From assembly GCF_009914755.1 (NCBI RefSeq), contig NC_060925.1: a DNA stretch of 64,000 bases; one strand, written 5' to 3'. The DNA is from the human T2T-CHM13v2.0 reference genome, Homo sapiens. Position 1 is the first letter of the stretch; each line of letters opens with the position of its first letter. The notes beneath the pieces were generated by a model. It saw only the letters and a list, made by a program, of their open reading frames with translations. It did no database searches and had not been told where the DNA came from. This document shows positions 42,620 to 55,747 of the stretch, one piece after another. Both the position numbers and the translations under genes were made by a program.

Positions 42620-43274
42620 CGGGCAAAATATTGCAAGGATGTTCTTAAGGTCCTAAAAAATCTTAAGATTTAACAGGTTTTTAGGCAGAAATGTTGTACT
42701 TTCCATTTAGAAAGAAGTTGAAGCTTTATATCCAACATTATATATGTTTAACATAATAACAGTTAAAGATACACTTAAAAAAAGATGGAGAGAATTTTCA
42801 AGGAATAGGATTTCAGGAGCTAGAGGTACTAGGAGTTATGAATCTCCCCATTAGATAGGTAGACAATGAAAAAAAAAAGGGGGAAGGGGATGATTTGCAG
42901 TTTGATGGTAACAGGATCGTTGAGAGCAGCAAAACAGAAGTAAATTGATGCTCATCTCCCAGATTAGTTGAGAACGGCCTAATTAGCTAATGAACAGTTC
43001 CAGTCCTATGTTCTGAAAGGCTCTGCTTCTGGGCAAGCCGCAGTGCTTAGCAGCAGCTGCTAAACCATGTGGACATGCTAACACCAAGCAGAGGAGCACA
43101 TGTTATGTTTTGACCTGCAAAGACTCGTCTTTTTGAGTCACACATTCTTCAAGGAGTATTAGAGATCTTGTTTCTTCGTATAATAGAGAAGTAGCAGTCT
43201 CAGTGGCATGAACTCTGGAGCCAGACTGCCTGGGTTCAAATCTCAGCTTTGTCACTTACTAACACAGTGATCAC

Positions 43275-43751
43275 TGCTGCTTGGTCTCTATGTCCTCATG
43301 TAGGCCCTTGCTCCCCACCATTGTATCAGGTTTGGTCTGGGTGACCAAGAGAACACGGCAGAAGTGAGGGTGTGGCTTTTGAGGCTAGGTCCTAGCAGAC
43401 ATTGCCATATCTTCCTTGCTCTCTTGGATCACTTGCTTGGTGGGGAAGCAGGTTACCATATCATGAGGACACTCAAGGAGCCCTATGGAAAGTCACATGA
43501 TCAGGAACTGGAGACTCCTGCCAAAGCCATGAGTAAGCCGTCCTGGAAACCCAGATTAGTCAAGTGTTCAGATAACTGCAAACCCCAGCTGACAGCTTGA
43601 CTCCAACTGTGGTTGGTTTCTTGACTGCAACCTCGTGAGAGATCTTGAGCAAAAGATCCCCACAAAAACACTCTCAGATTCCCCACATTGCTAATTACTG
43701 TTTTAAGCCACGAAGCTTGCTTTTCAGAAGTGTTAATAGATAATTAAAGCA
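43275..43751 (+). mobile_element. MLT1F-like MaLR LTR
   Basis: ggcagaagtgagg...gaggctaggtc...tgaggacactcaaggagccctatgg...ttttaagccac. Confidence 0.65.
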
Positions 43752-43822
43752 AAAAACTTTGTAAAGAACTAGTTTAAAGGATGTTCTTAACAACAGACTT
43801 GACTTGATGAAGAAATAGTGGC

Positions 43823-44194
43823 TGATATTGTTTGGCTTTGTGTCTCCACCCAAATCTCATCTTGAATTGTAATCTCCACAGTCCCCACATGTCAAGGGGG
43901 AGATCAGGTGGAGGTAATTGAATCATGGGGGTGGTTTACCCCATGCTGTTCTCATGATAGTGAGTGAGTTCTCACGAGATCTGATGGTTTTATAAGGGGC
44001 TCTTCCCCATTGGCTCAGCACTTCTCCTTCCTGCTGCCTTGTGAAGAAAGTGTCTTACTTCCCCTTTGCCATGATTCTAAGTTTCCTGAGGCCTCCCCAG
44101 CCACGCTGAACTGTGAGTCAGTTAAAACTCTTTCCCTTATAAATTACCCAGTCCCGAGCAGTTCTTTATAGCAGTATGAAATCGGACTAATACA
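43823..44194 (+). mobile_element. THE1C/D-type solo LTR
   Basis: TGATAT...GGACTAATACA termini. Perfect 5-bp TSD GTGGC at 43818-43822 and 44195-44199. Confidence 0.93.
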
Positions 44195-44239
44195 GTGGCA
44201 TGCCTTTTAATTTCTTGATTTATGGAATACCTTTAAAGT

Positions 44240-44515
44240 AATGTTACCTAAAGTAACTTTTGTGGAACAGTAGTCCTGCAAGATGCTCCATATATAAGGG
44301 GTTTGATGTGTTTATTAGTTTGGGAAATGCTGCATACTAGATCTCCTTCTTGGAAATACACGTTGCTCATAAGCATATTAAAGAATATAAACAAGTCTTA
44401 AGGATTTTTTGTTTGTTTGCGTAGTCCATTGTTTCCTAAACTCATATAACCAAGGAATTTTTAAAGTCAAATGTCACATATTAAAATATTAGAGAATACT
44501 CTGTAAGAAATGTTG
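44240..44515. mobile_element. hAT-Charlie MITE (Charlie18a/MER113-like)
   Basis: agtttgggaaatgctgcatac...gcatattaaag...gtttcctaaactcat. Similar to 9457-9757. Confidence 0.55.
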
Positions 44516-44523
44516 TCTTATAA

Positions 44524-44723
44524 CACTGATTCTCAGACTTATGCCTACATCAGAATCGTCTGGAAAGCTTAAAACGAGATTGTTGGGCCCCACTCCCTGT
44601 GTTTCTAATTCAGATAACCTGGGGTAGGGCTTGAAAATTTGCATTTCTAATAAGATCCCTGCTGATGCTGATGCTGCTGATGGGTGCGTGTGTCGGGAGG
44701 GGACCACACTTTGGGAACCACTG
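44524..44723. mobile_element. MER5A
   Basis: catcagaatc...tttgcatttctaataag...gatgctgatgctgctg...accacactttgggaaccactg. Confidence 0.85.
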
Positions 44724-44764
44724 TTCACTAGGGTTTCAGGTTCCTGAGTAAGAGCTTAAAGAAT

Positions 44765-45910
44765 GAACATGCAAATGGCCAATAAGCACAGGAACTGATG
44801 TTCATCTGCTATGGACTGAATGTTCCTGTCCACAAATTCATATGTTGAAACCCCAGTCCCCAATGTAATGATATTTGGAGGTAGGGTTTGGGGGAGCTAA
44901 TTAGTTCATAAGGGTACAGCCTTTATGATGGGAATAGTGCTTTCAGAACAGCCGTAAGAGAGCTTGCTTCATCTCTCTCTGTCATGTGAGAACACAGTAA
45001 GAAGATGGTTCTCTGCAGACTGAGAAGAGGGTCCTCGCCAGGAATCTAACTGGCCAGCACCTTGATCTTGGACATCCCAGCCTCCAAAACTTTGAGAAAT
45101 AAATTTCTGTTGTTGAGGCCACCCAGTGTATGGTATTTTTTAAAGCAGCTGGAACTGAGCAAGGCAACATCATTAGCCATTAGGGAAATGCAAATAAAAA
45201 CCACGATAAGATACCACCTCACACCCATTAGGGTGGTTACAATAAAAGAGACAGACAATAACAAATATTGAGCAGGAATATGGAGAAATTTGGATCCTCA
45301 CACATTGCTGTTGAGAATGTGAAATGGCACAGCCTCTTTTAAGCTCCTTAAAATGTTAAACATGGACCATATGACCCAGCTATTTCACCTCTAGAAATTT
45401 TAAGAGGCATAACATATACCCATACAAAAAGTTGTGCATTAATGTCCATAGCAGCATCATTCACAATAGACAAAAAGTATCCCAAGTGTACATCAGCTGA
45501 TGAATGGGTAGACAAAATGTGGCATGTCAGACAATGGAATACTACTCGACAATGAAAAGCAACAAAGTACTGATACTTGCTATAATGTGGGTGGACCTGG
45601 AAAACATAAAGAAGTTCCTCACAACAGGCTACATATTTTATGACTCCATTTATATTAAAAAGTTCAGAATGAGCAAATCCATAAAGGGCGTACGATAGTT
45701 GTTACGAAAGGCTGGTAGAAGTGAGGTGGGGAGTTGACTGGTAATGGGTTTGGAGTTTTTTTGGAGCGTTGAAAATGTCCTAAAATTAGATAGTGGTGAT
45801 GGTTGCACAATCCTGAATATACTAAAAAAAAAAAACCCCACTGAATTGTACGCTTTAGAAGGGTAAATTATGTGGTTGTAAATTATAACTCAATAAAGCT
45901 GCTATAAAAA
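44765..45910 (+). mobile_element. L1MB-type 3' fragment, interrupted by an MLT1A LTR
   Basis: atgcaaatggccaataagcaca... | catcattagccattagggaaatgcaaat...gatggttgcacaa...ctcaataaagctg. Confidence 0.85.
44807..45166 (+). mobile_element. MLT1A-type MaLR solo LTR inserted in L1MB
   Basis: TGCTATGGACTGAATG start, aataaatttctgttg, TSD (T/A)CATC. Confidence 0.88.
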
Positions 45911-46358
45911 TGCATATAGCTTCTAAATTAGGATGGCAACAAAAGTACAAATATCCAATTGCAGTATACGTTTTAACTTTATTGTAACCTATAAGGTGCC
46001 AGAGGCATACTACAAATGGTGGCAGTGGTGGGTTGGTGCAAGCTGAAAATTTAGATGTAGCTGGCGTTTTAGCACCCTTCTCCCCCTCCTTCATTCCCGT
46101 GCAGATAATAAATGTTTATTGTTGTTCTATTGTGGCCCCAAGTGAGCTGTGGACATGGTGGGGAAGCAGCAGGCTGACCCCGGAGGGTTTGCTAATCAGA
46201 GAGAGTGTAAAACCTGTTTCAGAATCTGTCATTTACATGGGGCAGCAAATGACAGATAGCAATTTAAAGGGTCACCTTTCCCAGGGTATGGCTGTTTGTT
46301 TTGGTCATTGTGGTTGGTTGTTTTGCATTTTAAGAATGTTTGGAGCCTTAAGCTAGCA

Positions 46359-46510
46359 CAGTGGCTCTCCAAACTTCAGCGTGCATCAAAATCTTCTGAG
46401 GTTCTTGTTTAAAATGAAAAATTTGGCCCTACCCCCAGAGGGTAAGGAATCTGCCTGTTTAGCAAGCACTCAGATCATTCTGATGCAGGTGGCTCATGGA
46501 CCACGGTAAA
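46359..46510. mobile_element. MER5A-like MITE
   Basis: cagtggctctccaaacttcagcgtgcatca...tctgatgcaggtgg...ggaccac. Confidence 0.7.
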
Positions 46511-48616
46511 AACATTTCAGCTCCAAAAAAAAAAGTCTTGCTATGTTGGGGGTGTACATAAATAAGCATGGGGCTGATCTAACCAACCCCAGGACAGTAG
46601 TTACTCCCAGAAGGAGGGGATGAAAACAGGTTGGGTGGAGCCTTGCCTGTGTCTGAAATGTCTAGGTTTTTTAAAACATGATTTGAAAGAAATAACAGAA
46701 AATATTAACCCCTGTTACATATAATACCATGTTTGTTGTATCTTTTGCCTTATTTTTTGACTATTTGAAATGCAGTATCTCAAAGTATTTTGTCATACTT
46801 GGCATTTTAGATGTTCGTCCATTCCAGGGACTCAGTGCACTGAGGCAGGGAAGACAGTGGTCCAGTTGGTGGGCTCCCTGTGTCCTGCAGGGCTGTGGGG
46901 GGATGGCAGTGCTCCCAGCTTGGAATCCCCCCACACTGAGGTGGGAGATTTCCTCCTCCCACGTGAGGGTGTGGTCTTGACTACTCCTGGCTCCACACAG
47001 GCTGTCCCTTAGGGCAGGGGGCAGGAGCTCAAGAAGCTGGAGGACAGAATTTCTCCCCTGAGAACAGGAAAGAGAGGAGGCACGAGGAAACCACAGTCTG
47101 TCTGCTTTACCCTGATGGACTTCTGTTCAGGGAGTTTGGGTGAATTCCACATTTGGATCACAATAGTTGTCGCCTGCCTTTCTTTTCCCTCATAGCTTTC
47201 AAGACCCCTTTCAAGTCCCTCTGTCTCCAGGAAAGATGATTTATTTTTTTCTTGGCCCAAGGCTCCCCCAGGGGCCCCAAGTCCAAACACTTTCTTTGCT
47301 GTTCCTTCAGGAGTGTTCTTTCTGTGATCCCATTATATTGAAATATATGCAGATGGAGCATCACGTGTGCCTCTAGGGGGTTGGGGAGGAGCCTAAGGAA
47401 CCTAGAGAGCCATCCTGAGATGTGGGGAGAGGGTTGGGGTGCTGCAGGAGAGCGGGATGACTGGCCTGTGTTGACAGACACGCCGTGGGGAAGCAGAAGC
47501 TGCCCCGACAGTCTTGTAAATGGAGTGTTCACCTCTAGCAGATGTAAGGCATGGTTTGGAAGGGGATGTGTGCCAGGTCGTCAAGTTTCACAGCAGTCTC
47601 AGGCCAGTTGGGAAGCCTGGCAGCGTGTGCCATCCCTGAGCAAGAGGGAGGCTGGAAGAGAGGACTGTGGTCTGAAAGTTAGGAGCCCTGGGCTCTTGCT
47701 AGCTTCTTCCTTCTTCGAACCTCTGCCCTGCTGTGTGAGAGCAGGTAGTGCCCTTCCTCTGCCTTATGGAGTGATGAGAAGGAATTAGGGCACTTGGAAG
47801 ATGCTGATTTCTAATCCTTTAGTTGCCACCAGGCCTCAGCCCCCTTGACTTTCTTCCTCACCCCCTCAATTTTCCTGCTGCCCTTGAGCTCTTCATAAAA
47901 GTCCCTGCTGGGGCCCTGCCTTCTGTTTTCTATCTCAAATTGTCCCCTTTCCCTTCCCAGACCTGTTGTCCTCTATGTTGAAAGTTTCTAAAGTTATGTG
48001 AGGGACTGTTTGGGGCTAGGGTGGAAGGGGGCTCTTAGTAGACACCACCACTCACCCATTCTGTGCCAAGCTTGGGGCCAGCTGCTGCGGTGATAAACAC
48101 ACCCTCTTCTCTACACAAAAAAGCCGTGCAGACAGTGCACATTCATCAGCTCCTGTTCTGCCTCTTCATGACAACTGTCCACCTCTCAGGACATGATGTG
48201 CTCTGAATATCAGTGTCGGGCCATTTCAAACCCAGGGGATTTGGTGTCTGGTGTTAGCCTGGGGTAAGAAGTAGTGACCCAGGCACTGGGCTCACCCCTT
48301 TCCTGCATTCTTTATGCCTGACAGTTTCTCAAGTCGTGCCTGTCCTTTTAAATCAAGCGATCTGTTCTTCCCTTTGATGTCGTCCTCCTGGCCACCAGCC
48401 TACATCCTCATTACCTGATAACTTAGATGATTTAAAGCCTCACTGGTTGGCTTCTTGCCGTCATTTTCTCCCCAGCTTCAGTCTGTTAACGGCCATGAAA
48501 ATCTCACTAAAGCCCTTCTACAGCAAGGCACATGCCTAAATGGGAACCCAAAACATCTCCCTCTTTCCCATTGCCCCCTCTGCCCTGTTCTCTGTGGCTT
48601 TTGAAGCCTTCCTCAG

Positions 48617-48758
48617 CACTGATGCCACCTGAACTCCAGCAGTGCTCATGCCTGCCCCCGACTCTGGCCACCGATGCCACCTTAACTCCAGCAGTGCTGA
48701 TGCTTGCCCCTGACTCTGGCCACCGATGCCACCCTAACTCCAGTGGTGCTCATGCCTG
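48617..48758. repeat. Minisatellite, 52-bp unit x ~2.7
   Basis: gatgccacc..aactccag..gtgct.atgc.tg starts at 48621, 48673 and 48725. Confidence 0.93.
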
Positions 48759-49514
48759 TCGCTTTGGATTTCTCACCCCTGTTCATGATCTGCCCTCCTC
48801 TGGAATCCTCTATCCTCTCCTCTTTCCTGTGCATCTTTCAAAGCCTTTCACGATGACACGGGCTGGTGCATTTGCATTCAGATCCTCTGTTCACTAGAAA
48901 TGGAAGGGACCTTGGAGGTCCTTGAGTCCAGCTTCTTTCCAGAGTCCCCGCAAGGGGCAGTAACTTGCCACTGACTACACACTAGGTTATTCCAGGACCA
49001 GACCTCTCACTCCTAGTCCAGCGCTCCTTCCACCACACCATGCTGCCCAAAGATGTAGAGGAAGCATTCTCGCCCACAGCTGACTGGGATGTTGTCATCA
49101 ACAGCGGCGGAGATGCAGTGGGAGTAAATAACAATGTTTGTGGAGGCCTTCTTATTCATTGCATTTGCGATGCAATTAGCACTTTATTATAGCTTGTTCT
49201 CATTCTTATTGTCAGTTCCACACATTGAGCCCTTTATTTTATCAGAATATAACACTGCCTCGTTTGCTAATTACCTCATACATAGAAGTAAAAACTGTCT
49301 TAAATATCTTTTGTAGCCCACAGCATCTCCTGAAGTTCTAGGCATAGAGGAGAACTTACTATCTACTTGTTAATTCACTGGGTTTCAAGGACAATTCCAG
49401 GCAAGGCTCACATTTGAGCCATTAGTTGTGATGAAGACCTGTCCACTAACAGCATTGTCAGCTTTGCCTTAATTTTCTATCTGAGGCTTCTTAGAGCCTC
49501 CTGGTTAGAGGTAG

Positions 49515-49859
<345 letters not shown>

Positions 49860-50999
49860 TCCATAACACTTTATTAGTATCTTTATTGTTGCTCATGTCA
49901 TATGGGTAATTATGAACAGACTCCTGCCTCCTCCTATGTTTCTGGGGACAATAAGAAGTCTTTCTTTGTATGGCCCGTAGGCTGCTTTGTCCACACAATG
50001 TCTTGCACATGGTTGTGCTCATACATGGTTGTTGAATTGAATATTATGAATAATGACAGAGTTAACAGTAGCTTACCCTCATGTGGTTTATCTACACAGC
50101 CCAGGGCTTTCTTCCACAGTGTGGCCAAACCCCAGACTGGGACTAAGGCCAGGCTAGGAGGGTTTGGGATGGTTTCCAGATGGGCAAAGATAGTTTTGTG
50201 TCTCAGAATGTGTCTCTAACCACATCTCAAAACCAAATATGATAAATGACTTTCGTCTTATCCATCATGTTTAGTTGGCTAAGCCTCTTCCTCTATCAGC
50301 CCAGATAATGAAGAGATGGGATTTTTATTGTTTTCTCTGTGGCACAGAGAATAAAGCAAGTTCCCAGGTAACAAGGCACAGCAGCATCTTTCAAGCCCCG
50401 AAACTGAGATGGTCTGAGAAGAGCAGGCACGTCTAGGAGAAACAGAAAGGAAAAGCCAGCCGGAAAGGGGAATCATTCTTAATCGATCCCAAGCCTCTGA
50501 GAGCTGGAAGGTCTGACTGCATTTTACAAATAAAAAAGTCAAAGCCCCATAAAGGAAAGTAGCCTAAAGCCACAGGGATGGTGAAGGAGTGGCGTCAGGA
50601 TGGGCAGAAAGAGCTCTGGACTCTTGGGCTGCTGCTACAACCACCTGGTGTGGGTTTTCTTAACACCACAGCTCCATCAGGTTCTTAGGAAAAATGTCAC
50701 ACAACCAGGTTGTCAAAAGGGCTTTGAGGGCATTAAGAAAGGGACAGAAGTGGATGGATTAGAATGGACAGGTAGGGTACCAAGGGGCCAGAGTGAGAAT
50801 GAGGAAGAAGGGCTGAAGAGAGAGGGATCAGTCGTATTTGCTTCTGTTTCTGAATAGTTTCCCTTTTTGGAAAGAGAAGTAAGAGAATAGAAGGCTAAAA
50901 TCATGCCACAGACTGGCAGGGGTGGTTGGGTGTAGACACAACAGCTCACCTTCAGGCTGCTTTCACATTCATTCATCTCTTTCCCTTATAATGATGATG

Positions 51000-52140
51000 C
51001 TGCCTCCAGTTTTTAGAACTTTCTGGAAACTTCTGAGAAGTGACTGTCTAAAGGGGGATGATGGGAGAAGGGGAGTTGCCCATGGGTTCCCATCGTGCTT
51101 GCTGGAGCAATGGGTGTTGGCAGATTTCTTCAGAAGGAGTTTGTCAGCAGTGGGGTGGGGCTGGGAAGAAAGCCACAGTGAGGCAACAGGTGCAGGCATG
51201 GAGACCAGAGCAAGCACAGTGTCCGTGGAGAACGGCATGCATGTCACGGCAACCACTGGAGTGAGCGTGGAGTGGAGCATGGCGGAGAGTGGGGGTGAAC
51301 AGGCAGGCAGGAGCTCTAGGTCTGTGTACTGCGGTGACACTTCTGGATTCTACTGTGAAGACAATAGAGGGCCATTAAGAGGCTTAAAGTGAGGGGGTGG
51401 TAGAATCCTGGCTACATAGACCTCCCAGCACTCAGAGCCTTGGAATCTTGCCATGGTGGTACATGTGTGTGTTGGGGGTAATTAGGGAGGAAGGGGTGAG
51501 GCTGAGCTAGGATGACTAGTTAGGACACCATCTTTACTGTCTAGAATATACTGAGGGCTGTGACCTGGGCTGTGTCAGTGGGACCAGAGGAGGGGACAGA
51601 TACAAAAAATACTTAGGGGTCTTTAAACTTGGGGGATGAGAGGGAAGAATCCAAGATGAATCCCAAGTGTAGGGGAGGGTGGCTTTTTTCACCCTGGATG
51701 AGGAGCAGTCTGGTATGGAGAGGGGATGAGGGTGGCTCTGGCTTTGGCGGTTGGGTGTGTCTTTTGGACTGGGTGTGGTGCCCTATAGAAAGGCTGGAGC
51801 TTGGGACAGGTCTGTGTGAACACCTCGATTCATCACTGCATGGTTGGTAGTTGAAACCATAGACATGGGTCAGATTGTCCCAGTGAAATGGCAGAGAAGA
51901 GGGCAAGGACAGACTCCAAGAGGCCCTGAATCAAATGGGTATGGAAAATATGGAGGGCCTGGGATGGAGGCTGAGAGGGAGCTGGCAGGAGGGGTGGGGG
52001 CAGATTGGTTGAGACCATTAGCAGGGAAATGAGGGAGAAAGAGTTTCCAGAAGGGAATGGTTACCAGGTTCAAATGTGAGGGAGGAATTCACTGCTGGCA
52101 TTTGTTTGAGAAGCCCTGACCTTTTTCTGTTCCCTTGCTA
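51000..52140 (-). mobile_element. L2 fragments
   Basis: Purine-rich antisense L2 (gagggccattaagaggcttaaag..., gaatccaagatga..., agagtttccagaagg). Confidence 0.55.
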
Positions 52141-53114
52141 GAAATAAATGCTTTTTTTTTTTGGTAGCAGACAGTAATGTACTGGAATGGAATCATGATT
52201 GTTCCGTGTCTCAGAATCCATATGTAAAGTCCCTTGTCAGATAGCAGGGAAACAGTCATCTTTGGGCAGTTTGTACTGAGAGGGAGGGGAGGCCGAGTGT
52301 AAAGGATCGGTGCCTTAATTTTAGCAAGGCTCTGAGCCCCTTGGAAGGCAAGCTTTATTTCTACATAGATTGAAAGTATTATTATTATTACATCCTTACG
52401 CTGTATCAGCGCCAAACACTGGAGTCCTCAATACTGTATTTATTTCTCTGGGCTTTTGGAGGGGTGGGGAAGAAACGGGACATTTAGGTTGCTAAGTGAT
52501 TGTGCTTGCTTCTAAAAATAATGAGATTCCCCAGTGGCTCGTTCTCCTGTGTTTTGCTTAGAGTTAGAGGATGCCAAGGTCAAGTTATAGATGACAGGCT
52601 GTGTCTCCAGGTGGTGTCAGGGCATCCTGTTGGGGAAGGACAAGGTAAACTCTCCCTCTCTGGTCCTCCCACCTGCATCCCCTTAGGGCCCACTACTTTG
52701 GGAAATTGCAGGAAAAACTGGGCCTCCCCCTGCTTGGATTGAAGAGCCTCGCCTAGGCAGTCAGCCTCAGTGGTTGCCATGGTGATGGTGGGTGGTTGGT
52801 GGGGTGGTGATGCAGCGTTTGGCCTGTGCAGCTGAGGTCCTCAATGCAGGCTGCTTGGAGCCCAGGCTGCTGAAGCTTTTGACAGTTTGTTTAGGATTCC
52901 AGAGGGTCACTTGCTGCGGTGTTGAAATCTTCAGACAGACCCGCCAGCTCAGCCAGCTGAAACCTTCATTGTTGAATATGCATCTCACAGGCCAAATTTT
53001 GGCAGGCGCTCATGGGATTAGGAGCTCCACAGCAACCTTGGTGGGGGAAGGGGTGTGCGAAAAAGCTCTGTGCAGGGGAGAGTGGCTGGGATAATAGACT
53101 CTGAGGACAACAGA

Positions 53115-53855
53115 AGGCCAGAGGCCCTTCAGATCGTCCAGTTCATCAACACCTTCAACAACATCCCTGACAGCTGGTCACCAAGCTTCTGCTTGGACTC
53201 TCCTTGTGATGGGGAGCTCACTACCGGGCAAGGCACACCACTCCATTGTTGAATAGGTTTTACATTTTCTCCTCTCTCCCTCACTTCTTTCGTTCCTCCC
53301 TCATTCTCTCCATCTTTCCTTCCCCCCTCCTTTCCTTGCATCCTTTCATTTTTTTGGCAAAATTCTGGCCCCTTCTAATTTGATTCACTGACTCAAGTTA
53401 TGCCAAGAAGGAAAGCAGTGTAAGCTTTCATCAAAGTGACAACCACTTGCCACCCAACAAAACATTCATACTTTTCTCAGCTACTTCTGACATTATTTCA
53501 AGACCCCTTGTTATTTCCCCATCCCCTATATTTCTCCATATTGCTCTTAAAATATAACACCCAGAATGAACCACAGTACTCGACTGGTCTGACCAATGCA
53601 GAGGACTTTAGGGTGACACCCATGTTTGTGAACAGTCTGAGATGATTTTGTAGCCCCCTCCTCACACCCTTGGCTGATACGAAGGCTGTGATTCTCTGTC
53701 GTTCCCAGATCTTTTACATATGAGCAGCTGATGCTGGGCTCTACATTTGTACTTTTTTGATTTTGTCATCTAAGCTGTTGAGAAACACGTTGAAATGGAC
53801 AGAAATGATGATGGAATGCCGTGGCAAAACTCTAGAGGCCTCCCTGCAGGTGGAA
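53115..53855 (-). mobile_element. L3/CR1 fragment (continues at ~55775-56000)
   Basis: gatggggagctcactacc, ccagaatgaaccacagtactc...tctgaccaatgcagag; later ttgctgaaatccagg...attagcttgg. Confidence 0.55.
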
Positions 53856-54063
53856 ATTATAATAGTATTCATAGCTTTTTTTTTCTGTTTTTATATCCAA
53901 CTATCTACTTGTCTAACCAATTAATCACTGATCTTTTTTTTTTTCCTTAGAGTGTTCCATTCCATTGTATGGATGTGCTACAGTTTGTTTATTTATTCAG
54001 CAATGGAAGGACATTTGATGTTTTCCAGTTTGGGGTGATTATGAATAAAGCTGCTCTAAACAT

Positions 54064-55343
<1,280 letters not shown>

Positions 55344-55452
55344 CTATCATTATCATGATCTTACTAATAAGAAAGCAGAGCCACAGAGAGGTAAAATAAG
55401 TTGCTCAAGGTCACACAGGCTCTAAATAGCAAAGTCAGTATTTGAATTTAGT

Positions 55453-55747
55453 GTTTTTTGTTGAGCTAGGGTTTCACTCTGTCATGCAGGCTGGAGTGCA
55501 GTGGTGAGATCACAGCCCACTGCAGCCTTGACCTCCTGGACTCCAGGGATCCACCCCAGCCTCCCTAGTAGCTGGGAATACAGGCACATTCCACTATGCC
55601 CAGCTAATTTTTTTAGTTTTATTTCTTGTATAGATGAGGTTTTGCCATGTTGCCCAGGCTGGTCTCGAACTCCTGAGCTCAAGTGATCCTCTCACCTCCG
55701 CTTCCCAAAGTGCTTGGGATTAAAGATGTGAGCCACTGCGCCCAGCC
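55453..55747 (-). mobile_element. AluJ, antisense, inserted in a MIR
   Basis: atcacagcccactgcagccttgacctcctgg (AluJ diagnostic). TSD TGAATTTAGT. MIR core at 55330-55450. Confidence 0.9.

Noticed and set aside
48617-48758. Repeat array as CRISPR-like
   Set aside because: Head-to-tail units with no unique spacers, in primate DNA with no cas genes.
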